DNA from: Haliotis cracherodii
Lineage: Eukaryota
Assembly: GCF_022045235.1 (NCBI RefSeq)
Contig: NW_027266280.1
Location: 372,001-436,000 of the forward strand
Reading direction: 5' to 3'
DNA length: 64,000 nt
Shown here: one piece after another, positions 1 through 11,700 of the stretch
Position numbering within the stretch: position 1 is the first letter of the stretch
Layout of the letters: every line of letters begins with the position of its first letter
Made by a program: the position numbers and the translations under genes
The notes under the pieces: generated by a model
Seen by the model: the letters and a program-made list of their open reading frames with translations, nothing else
Databases searched by the model: none
What the model was told of the DNA's origin: nothing

Positions 1-2692
1 TATAATATGATACAAGAAAAGTTAAACTTGGAAAATATTGAATGTTATTTTTCTTCATGTTCATATTCACATACTATACAAATACTTGGTTTACATGTCT
101 TAATTTTGTTCTTAAATAGTTGTGATGTATATTATATATCTCCTACCTTCAGCTGTTACATCATTGTCATCTTACATGCTTCACCTCAGCTCTATCATGA
201 GTTTTTGCATGACAATGACTTCTTACTAACATGCATATTATAAACCACAGAAAATCTCTATGAAAAATAAAATGTATACTGCAAGCATTGCATCTAACTG
301 CACAAAACATCCTTAATGTTCCACCATTTGTGTGATGCAAACGTATCCACGCCGGCAAGAGGTAAGCTAAAGACAGTGTTGATGTTTCTATGATTAAAGG
401 CAAGGGGATGTCGGAGATGTTCACACATGTATTTCGTCATTTATAAGTTTTTTTTCTCTTTTTCCAATGCCTTTCACTCACTGAAATCATAGCTATCTGG
501 CATGTTGACTAAGGTAATATTTCTGATCATTGTACAACTCAGACTTTTATATGCCGATCATCTTCGTCACGGTTCATCAGTCAAGTCTCTGTTAAACTCA
601 AGTTATGTTGCATGCATCCAATGATATTACAAATGTTCCTGTATTTTTGTCACATGTAAACGCTGTGTGCTCAGTATTCTGACTCTGTGGAGAGATATAA
701 AGAGATATTTTCCACTCTAGACTTGTTGGTTTGTTTTTAAAAGCAATACTGCTGTAACAGTTTGGCTTCCTAGACGATAGGCGGTGATGGGTTTGTAGAT
801 GAGTCAAGTCGGGTGCACGAACACTTAGTAAACACATGTGAATCAACAATATGGTGATCAAGTACCATTACAGTGTATGCTCGATGAAAACTAAAATTGA
901 TATACAGTCTTGAATTCATGCATAACATATATCTTCTCACTAACAATAAGGTATTCCATGGCTTTTTATTTTGATGTTTTTTTATCTGTCATGAATTATT
1001 ATTCAGATTGTTTGATTCTTTCGTTATTGAATGTCCATTTTATGCTGTCAAAATAGCATCATTTCAAATACAAGTATTGTGATAAAAAGTTTGTATCAGT
1101 CATACTTGGGAAAAACAGCCCATGATTTCCATGTAATTGTCTCAGTTATTGTATGATCCTTATTTTTTCCAAGCAACACGGAAAATACATCATTGTAAAT
1201 TTTGATTTTCTATAATTTGTATTTCATGGAGTCAGCTCTTAATAAAACCAAACAATTCTATGAGAAGCCTAACTTCCTGACAGACAGAATCAATGAATGT
1301 CATAACAACTCCGATACAAACATCAGTAGCTCTGTTGTAACTGAAGATCAGAACATTTGTAGAACAGTAGTTACTGGGTGGATTATCTTTTCCTAGTTCA
1401 ACTGTTCTCCACTAGGGGATTGATGGAAGGAGCTGCCATTTTGTTTTGGGGCACAAATCTACAAAGTACCTTTTCTAACTGACTCAAATACTCATTTAGT
1501 TGTTTTATTTTATTGTTAAAAGTAAATTGTAAGATGTGTGAACGTGAAAGGCAGTTGAACTTGGATGAGGTATTTCCTTGGAGAGTTAACGGTAGTGAGA
1601 AGTGTGGGTGACATACTGGTGACCTAGCTACCATGCCGTCTATACATGTACATCTCAATACGGTGTGCCTCCTTTTTTGAATGCCCCCTCTGCTTTTGAT
1701 GTAAGAGATAAGGTAAGACAGAAATATATGTATCTGTTGTTTTCTTCCCTTCACTTCGTTGTGTCTCAAACCCAGTTTGGATAAACTCTAACAAACAAAA
1801 ATGCATAATTTGTGGCAGTTTTAGACAATTAATCACATCCGTCGCTGTCAAGAATAGCAGACGATGTTTACAATTAACTGCTGCTGTTACAGTAAATCTC
1901 TTTCTATTCCAGTGTGTTATATTGGAATTCGGGATTGGGGATGGTGATAGGTATTTTGCTACAATATCCATAGAACAGTGTTGGACATATTTTCAAATAT
2001 TTAAATTCCTTCCAGTGGAAGAATAGTGCTTGTCTGGAATCGTTCTTACCTGGTATGGATTATCCTCGATCAGCATTTTTCTATGGACAGAATTTCTGTG
2101 TAGATATATCAGCACTAATTTCTCCAAGTCCAGATACATCAGTCTGGCATTGCATGGTTTTCTTGTTGTAAATTATATCCAGTAATGGCTCTAGATGGCC
2201 ACCATTGATTCAAGACACATCTGGCAAACATTGACAAGTCAGGTTGCCATGGGAATTGCATCTATTGTAGATTGGTAGTGTTAAATCAACAAGCTTGCTA
2301 CATAAAGATCATATAGCCAGCTAGTCACACATCTCTCAAGCATGCTTTCTGTAACCAAGGCTTTGTTCAAGATTGACCAGATACACGTCAGCTTGACGGC
2401 ATTTATCTGCTTACTGTAAATACATCAATCTTAATTATGTGCTTGTCCAGATCCGCTTGAGAATACATTGCAGCCCTGGACATGAATAATATACTAATAT
2501 TAAAGTTGACCTTACTAATTGCATGTATTGATAGAACAGTGTAGTTGACTAACTGGACTTTGGTTTTGACCACAAGGGAAGGTAACCCTGATTTGTGAGT
2601 GTTTGTCTTCCTGGCACTGTGTTTGGTTACGTACAGGGCCCACAGGCTTTCAAGCAGGAGCACTGTCTCATTTGATTATCTTTCTTTTTCAG

Positions 2693-2737
2693 CTCTGAAT
2701 CTAAGAAAAATAAGAAAAGTAAAAGACGGCGAAAAAG
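2693..2737 (+). CDS. Srrm234: Srrm234 internal exon (45 nt, SESKKNKKSKRRRKR)
   Basis: tttctttttcag acceptor, AAG|gtaagc donor, phase 2-2, basic NLS-like peptide. Confidence 0.82.
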
Positions 2738-5700
2738 GTAAGCTTGGTTGCAAGTTCAGAGTGAGTGCTTTGCCCAGACATGTATCGTGGCAGTCTAGTG
2801 CCTTGCTTCTAAATGCAAGGGGGATATAGGAATCGGTGCTGTCCGTCTGTCAGGTTTTCATATAACTGAACTCTTGAAATCATCATTCAGCCAATTCACT
2901 CACAAATACCCTTNNNNNNNNNNNNNNNNNNNNNNNNNNNNNNNNNNNNNNNNNNNNNNNNNNNNNNNNNNNNNNNNNNNNNNNNNNNNNNNNNNNNNNN
3001 NNNNNNNNNNNNNNNNNNNNNNNNNNNNNNNNNNNNNNNNNNNNNNNNNNNNNNNNNNNNNNNNNNNNNNNNNNNNNNNNNNNNNNNNNNNNNNNNNNNN
3101 NNNNNNNNNNNNNNNNNNNNNNNNNNNCCACCAAGTCGGTGTGTTTCCAAATGTGTATATCTGACATTATCCACTGAGTGGGTCTATGTAGAGAGATAAG
3201 CAGGTAATTGTTACAAGAGTGTATATATATAATGTTATCCACTGAGTGGGTCTATGTAGAGAGATAAGCAGGTAATTGTTACAAGAGTGTATATATAATG
3301 TTATCCACTGAGTGGGTCTATGTAGAGAGATAAGCAGGTAATTGTTACAAGAGTGTATATATAATGTTTTCCACTGAGTGGGTGTATGTAGAGAGATTAG
3401 CAGGTGACTGTATTTTACAGGAGTGAAGAAAAGAAGAAGCGGAGGAGAAGGAAAGAGTCATCCAGCTCAGACTCAGACTCAGATTCGGACTCGGAATCGG
3501 ACTCAGGAAGGTGGGTTCTTGGACACAACAGAGTTGAGGAAGGTTCTGGGAATAAATTATGGAATCTGAGTACAATCAGTCAGGGGACTCACTGTGTACC
3601 CACCATGTTCCTATTGGTTCACTGTAAGACCAGCCCACCCTGTTCCTATTGGTTCATTGTAAGACCAGCCCACCATGGGGAGGCCAGGGCAGAAATGGTC
3701 TCCAGTCACGTGTGTGCTGGTCACAAAAGGGTCACAGCTGCACCAGTGGACCATCAGACTCAATGACTGAGTATCATGTCACATTCAAACCCTGATGTAG
3801 TCTCATGACATGTTTGAAAAGACAAGCCCACTCTGACAGCCTGCATCCCAGCAGGGATATATTACGGTTTATTTCTCCCCTGACCTAAAAGGGTAGTGGT
3901 ATATAGTTGTGCCCAGGAAATCCTTCCATCTATCCGTCCGTCCGAGGACATTTTGTATGTGACCTATAACTTGAAGTGTACTGCATAGATTCTTTTCAAA
4001 CTTTGTGAACATTTCTACATCAATAAGAGAGCTTCAGTGCGAAGTTTCATTTCAATATTTACATTATCTGAAACAAATACCGCTATTTTAAATATTTTTA
4101 TTTCAACATTTGTTTGAACTATAACTCGAGAACTACTTCCTGGATGTGCACTTTCTTTACTTATATGAGAGGTGCAGTGAAAAGTTTGATTTCAATCAAT
4201 TTCACTCAATATAAGTGGATTTGCTGAGAAAATTTTCATAATTTGTAAAGGGCAAAGCATGTTGATGATGCTCCAGTGCATCTGTCAATCATGCTAACCT
4301 TAGGGTATATTACTGTACTTTAAGAAAAAACGGCTCAAACATTAAGCCATCAATGTCTTGAAAATCAGAATTGTTCAGCTGATGTTTGAGTCAAGGTTGG
4401 GGGGTATTAGTGAGTCCTGCTGACCTTTTGCCTTGTTAATATTTGTTTTATTCTGTTCTTTTTGTAGTTTGTGTTTAATGTCATAAATTGAATATTGGGG
4501 TAACCTTTCATTTTTCGTTGGATATTGAACCCGAAAGGAATGATTAACTTCTGATTTTCTGATTACTTTGAGTTTTCTCTTTCTGATAAATCTTAAGTAA
4601 CCTGTAATCTTATGTCTGTATCTACAAGTCTGTGGGGCGCCGGTGGCCGTCGTCCAAGTCGTCCGAGTAGTTGTCATTCTTTGTTGTGTCCTTTGGGCAC
4701 ACCTTAAACCTGTCATTATTGGTTCGAATCCCGGTTCGTCCTGATTGTGTTTTTAGGTTTGTCAGCACCATACCCATGCTCGTGGGTTTCACCAAAGTGG
4801 TATCCGTCTCTAACCCGCATCACATTAAACTTCACTCCCACATTATGCTGACACGCCATGACATAGGAGGAAAAGTGTTCAGAGCAGCATTATACCTACC
4901 TCACTCACTCACTCACTCACTCACTCACTCACACTCTCGCTCACTCACACTCTCGGTCGCTCACTCANNNNNNNNNNNNNNNNNNNNNNNNNNNNNNNNN
5001 NNNNNNNNNNNNNNNNNNNNNNNNNNNNNNNNNNNNNNNNNNNNNNNNNNNNNNNNNNNNNNNNNNNNNNNNNNNNNNNNNNNNNNNNNNNNNNNNNNNN
5101 NCTCACACACTCTCNNNNNNNNNNNNNNNNNNNNNNNNNNNNNNNNNNNNNNNNNNNNNNNNNNNNNNNNNNNNNNNNNNNNNNNNNNNNNNNNNNNNNN
5201 NNNNNNNNNNNNNNNNNNNNNNNNNNNNNNNNNNNNNNNNNNTCACACACTCCCGCTCACTCACACACTCTCGCTCACTCACACTCACTCACACACTCGC
5301 TTGCTCACCTCACACTCACTCTCACACACACTCACTCACTCACTCACTCCTCACTTGCTCACTCACACTCACTTGCTCACTCACACACTCGCTCACTCAT
5401 GCACTCTCAATCACTCACTCACTCTCTCTCACTCACTCACTCAATNNNNNNNNNNNNNNNNNNNNNNNNNNNNNNNNNNNNNNNNNNNNNNNNNNNNNNN
5501 NNNNNNNNNNNNNNNNNNNNNNNNNNNNNNNNNNNNNNNNNNNNNNNNNNNNNNNNNNNNNNNNNNNNNNNNNNNNNNNNNNNNNNNNNNNNNNNNNNNN
5601 NNNNNNNNNNNNNNNNNNNNNNNNNNACACTCCCGCTCACTGACTCACGCTCGCTCACACACAGACTCTCGCTCACTCACACTCACTCTCACTCACACAC

Positions 5701-8700
5701 TCGCTTGCTCACCTCACACTTACTCTCACACACACACTCACTCACTCACTCACTCACTCACTCACTCCTTCTCACTTGCTCACTCACACTCACTTGCTCA
5801 CACACACTCTCGCTCACTCATGCACTCTCACTCACTCACTCACTCCTTCTCACTTGCTCACTCATGCACTCTCATTCACTCACACACTCTCGCTCACTCA
5901 TGCACTCTCATTCACTCACTCACACACTCTCGCTCACACACTCACTCACACACTCTCGCTCACTCATATTCAGAGTCTCATAAGTTCTTTTTGTTCACCA
6001 GGAAATGTGGAAAAGTTTTTTGCGGCTGTTTACACAGATATTTCATTTGTCTTGATTGATGTGGTTGTCATTCAACACAACGTGGAAACAGTTTCTAGAT
6101 AAACAACAACTAAATCTTCTGTATTTAATCACATCATTTCGAGGTATTGAGAAGATGAAAAACAAATAAAATAACAATTTAAAACATGCTTTTTTTTAGA
6201 GATATTGTAGGAGACTGGACAGTCACATGACGTGGTGAACCACTAATGACAAGGGAAAGAATAAATATTTCTCATTTTTCAGATTTTGTGTTGTTGAAAT
6301 TTGGTTGCGCTGAAAACACCCAGTCTAACATGTGCACAAGTTCTTACAGAGTTGTCCTGTTTCGCAATCGTTCAGTATACTGAATAATGTATTATTAAGT
6401 GACAATTACATTTGTACACTTGATGTTGGAAGATAATTGATTTCCGATATTGACTGTAGGTAGTATTGATCAGCATGTTGTCATTGGAATTCCACATAGA
6501 ATAGGGTTATCTGGTGGCCGCCTTAGAATTCCAAATATGAACACTGCAGATGCGAGTCCCATGGTGCAGGGGTGGTTGGCTAGCCTCGTGGTTAAAGCAT
6601 TCGCTCGTCACACTGAAGACCCAGGTTCGATTCCCTACATGATTACAATGTATGAAGCCAATTTCTGATGTCCCCGCTGTGATGTTGCTGATATATTGCT
6701 AAAAGTGGCGTCAAATAAAAACTCACTCACTCACTCACTCACTCACTCACTCACTCACTCACTCACTCAGCCTTCCGTTAGTCTTGGTTGTTCAGCCAGC
6801 AGTACAAGGGAAACAAAGGCGTAACATGATTATGATGTAAAGATGTTTGAAAACAATGAAGGACAAAGACATGCATGTATAGGCAGCTCCCTATGTTTGT
6901 TTTATGATGAGTCCTGATTCCACCTTCTACAGGAAAGCATGTATAACCAGTTCCAATGTATTTTCACCATTTTCCAAGGACTTTTGTTTGACCATGCCCT
7001 TGTTGACTGGAATCTTATATGACCTTGACCTTGTTGGCTGGAAGGTTGTGTAACTTTTGACCTGAATGTTATATGACCTTGACCTTTTCCTTGTTACAGT
7101 TCCTCCTCGGCAGCTTCCCCCGACAGAAATGGAAAGACAAGGAAGTCCTCCCATCACTCACCCTCCCCAGCTAAACCCCCTGCTGACAGGGTTTGCCCCC
7201 CAGAGCACCGACCTTCCCCTGCATCCAGATCAAAGAGAGCCAATTCGGAATCGGAATCGGACAAATCCCCTCCAAGGTAGGAACAGTCTTCCTCAAAGAT
7301 TTGTCTGTGTAGTGAATCATAAAACCTTTGCCTACAAAATTTGACAAATGATATTTAGTTAAATATCCTAAATTGAATCTGTTTTGAGAGTAGGACTTGA
7401 AAGTTTATTATATTTGTGAATATTTATTATATTTGCATGAAAATTTTAGCAGTTCAGATTTCTGATTTGTAACGTCTTGTCATTTTGTTATTAGCTGAAA
7501 ACTATTTTGTTGATGTGACTTGTGCTTGGGAAACTTACTATCTTCCTGTCAACAGATCAGCAAGACAAAATGGGCACGCTAACACCAAGTCAGGAGACAA
7601 CAAGCCCAGAAATGGCAAGACAAGCCCTTCACCGAAAAGAAATCGAAGCAAGTCTTTGAGCTACTCTCCTGCTGACCGACGACGGGGAAAGTCGTCACCG
7701 TACAAAACCAAATGCAGCAAAGAATCCTCAAGAGGTCGGTCTCCCAAACATGGAGAGAAGAGGCGACACTCCAGGTCCACATCCAGGTCACCTTCAAAGC
7801 AGAAGAAGAGGTCACCAGTGAAGAGGTCAAGGAGAAGTTCAAGGTCGCCTACCAATTCTCGGTCACGATCGAGATCCTATTCCAGATCCAGAAGTCGTTC
7901 CAGAAAGAGGTATGACAAAGTTCTGATTGTTTGCTTTCATAATATCTATGCATTATCTTGGTATAGACTTTGTAATTGTGAGCAAATGCACCAGTGCATA
8001 TATTCTAAAACTTGTTGTTAGGTCCAAATGTTTACTTGGAAGATAGTCTTTTGTGTTAGTAAAAAGATCTATTGACACACTTAGTTCTATAGGAAATATT
8101 TCTCTGATAGTTTTTTACTTTTATGTTTCCTTTCTACTCAGACTATAATTTCCCCGATGTCAAACTTTGTGACACTTGAGATGGCTTGTTCCCAGTGCTT
8201 GTCACGGCCATAAACTCAATGACGAGCAGTTGGCAGCAAGGGCTGCTGGGACTATGAATTGTGGGAAGTATGACCACACATGTCCTTCTGTCAGCTGTGA
8301 TCATTGATAACACTATCAACCACTAGTTGTCTGTGCCTTGTATTCCTGGGCATGAATGTCCATGAATGTCCATGAGTGATGTTGAATGTTGATTAATGTT
8401 GATGAATTACTGAATCCAGGGAAAGGAGCTACTCCCATTCTCGATCTCACAGTCGAAGACGGTCGTACAGTCGCAGCCCAAGCCATGACTCTCGGCGCCG
8501 AGAATCACGCAGCCCTTCGATCCGGAGAAGGAAAGGCTCACCGAGTCACTTAGATAAACGCCGGATAACAAGGTGGGGGGTCCTCCATACAGATCCATGT
8601 CAGACACAGTGTCAGAGAGAAATAAATGAAGAATTTCCTTTACACAAGTGCCATTAGTTTGTCCATGTATTCATTTTTCTAGCACCTTTCACCATCTGAT

Positions 8701-11700
8701 GTGGGAAGGTCAGCTCATTCCTTACAGTGATGTGTATTCAGTGTTGTGCCACATGTCACACATCGGAGTCAGTATCAATAAATGCACCTCTGTAGTTTCT
8801 ACACTTTGATTGCTTCTGTTTTACTCTCATTTGGTTTTGTATAAAGTTACAATCTTCTTTTGGGTGTTGTAATCCTCTGTCCTAGCATGTTGTTTTATTT
8901 CCACCTTCTTTTATTTTTGGTTTTGTTTTTCTTGCTGTTTGGTGTCTAGGTCGAGATCCAGAGAACGGAAGTATGATGACCGACGTCGATCCCGGTCACG
9001 ATCATACAACCGGCGATGCTCCCCTTCTCCATATTATCGTTCCAGTAAACGTCCACGAGACAGATACTAAGAATGAAGAAGCTCAAGCCACAACATGGTA
9101 TTCATTGTTCGCAGTTGGCTTGCAGAGTTTCTACTACTAATGCCTAACACAACCTACTAACCCCTGCTGTCAGACAGGATGAGGGTTGATGGGAAGCCAT
9201 GTGTCTGATGTATGGCAGTTTGAGATGAGCCCCAATAGCTGATAACTTGAGAATGAGTGGATTAGTTTAGTAACTCTGGAACGCTGAGTGATGTGGTTGT
9301 GACATTGACACTAACAGAGTGGAAGCATCGGCAGATGTGTGTGAAGCTGAAGTGGATGATTACTGTTACACTTGTGCATGCATTATATATTTCTGAAAAC
9401 GTGTGATTTGAGTTTGTTTGGAGGCACAGGAAAGTGCTTTTATTATCCCAACCTGGCTTCCACAGGAGATAGTGCTTGGGTGAGATCCTGGCAGATATTG
9501 CTACAAAGAAACTGCAGCACAATGCCGTGCAGACCATTGTGATGTCATTGGTTATCATGACATCACAATCAAATGACATCACTAATCCCACTTCCACTAA
9601 CGCTAGTCAGCTGTACCTTGTACACTAGATAAACTGGTTATTAATTTTTACAAACTAAAAAAAGTGTATTGACATGATTGCAATGGATACATGGAATACA
9701 GCACTAACATTGGAGTACACTATTCCAGTGTATTACGTCATCAGCTAAATAATCAGTCCACACTATTCCAGTGTATTACGTCATCAGCTAAATAATCAGT
9801 CCGCACTATTCCAGTGTATTACGTCATCAGCTAAATAATCAGTCCACACTATTCCAGTGTATTACGTCATCAGCTAAATAATCAGTCCGCACTATTCCAG
9901 TGTATTACGTCATCAGCTAAATAATCAGTCCGCACTATTCCAGTGTATTACGTCATCAGCTAAATAATCAGTCCACACTATTCCAGTGTATTACGTCATC
10001 AGCTAAATAATCAGTCCGCACTATTCCAGTGTATTACGTCATCAGCTAAATAATCAGTCCGCACTATTCCAGTGTATTACGTCATCAGCTAAATAATCAG
10101 TCCGCACTATTCCAGTGTATTACGTCATCAGCTAAATAATCAGTCCGCACTATTCCAGTGTATTACGTCATCAGCTAAATAATCAGTCCACACTATTCCA
10201 GTGTATTACGTCATCCGCTAAATAATCAGTCCACACTATTCCAGTGTATTACGTCATCAGCTAAATAATCAGTCCGCACTATTCCAGTGTATTACGTCAT
10301 CAGCTAAATAATCAGTCCACACTATTCCAGTGTATTATGTCATCAGCTAAATAATCAGTCAGCTCTATTCCAGTGTATTACGTCATCAGCTAAATAATCA
10401 GTCCGCACTATTCCAGTGTATTACGTCATCAGCTAAATAATCAGTCAGCTCTATTCCAGTGTATAACCTCACCCTGTAAATAATCAAGACCAGGAAAACC
10501 AGTGACTAGAAACAGGCAAAGCCCCACACCATTGGCAGCCTTGAGATTATCTGTTGTATCAGACTCTGGGGACCCTGACTATTTAGTCCTCAGGGCCATG
10601 ACACGGACAGATGTTCATGGCCTATTTGGGCCTGATTTCAAAGACTGTTCACTGATGTACATCAGTTATTCCCGAAAGTTTTGTTAGATTCACTGCACTG
10701 TTCTCTGGTGTTCAACAAGTATACAAGGTTTTAGGTGATGCACAAGTGTAGGGATTGGACGCAGAAAAAGAATATACTGCGTCATTTATGGGTGTCTGTT
10801 ATTTCATCCATCAATCACGACCACTATCCACATGCTTATTGATTCATTTCAGGCTCTAAAGTAATTATCTAAACATACAGTACTCTACACCATTACATTA
10901 CCATACAGGGCCCTCATATTGCCTGTGCAATAATTAATTGGGCATGTCATCGTATCCCAAATGCGTGGATTGAAGCTCATGCTGTCAATCACTTGATTGT
11001 CTGGTCCAGACTCCATTATTTACAGACCGCCGTCTTATAGCTGAAATTTTGCTGAGTGCAACATTAAACAAACAAACAAACATGTTTACAACCATTGGAT
11101 CATTCTTGCTGAACCATGTGGCTAACGCAGCTTCAGCATCATGTTTTGCGTGCTGCGTGATGTTTCTTGCTGCGTGATGTTTCTTGCTGCGTGATGTTTC
11201 TTGCTGTGTGATGTTATTTTGCTGCATGATATTATTTTGCTGCATGATATTATTTTGCTGGTATATTTGGTGTTGGATGTTGATAGTCGCACCATCTGCG
11301 ACATAATCTAGATTGTGTTTCTTGCTGTGTTTAACAGTCCGTAACTCAGGCAGTTTAATGCCACACAAGACATTTGCTATCTCAAACACTAGTTTCTCTC
11401 GCTAACATTTTATATAGGAGTTATTTTACTGAAAGTGCTGACTGTCCTACCAGAGATTGAATAATGTTTTTTGGTTAAGGCCACACGTTTTGTATTGTTT
11501 GTTTCATGGACAGCAACCCCTACTGAAAAACAGCTGGAAAAGAAATAAATTAAACATAAACAAATTCATTTTTTATTATGTCTCTGCTAGAATGATAGAT
11601 CCTCTTATACAATATAAAATATTATACAAATTTCATGTCTTCATCTCTATTCAAACTTCAAGAAGCCAACTGCAGTTTGAACTCCACTGCAGAATGACTT

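Noticed and set aside
2874-5676. ORFs spanning N runs
   Set aside because: Open only because of unresolved bases; hidden Srrm234 exons in the gaps cannot be excluded.
6569-6645. tRNA-Asp-like sequence (also at 30470-30545 and 58750-58824)
   Set aside because: It continues into a shared body and (ACTC)n tail and has degenerate stems, so it is a SINE head rather than a tRNA gene.
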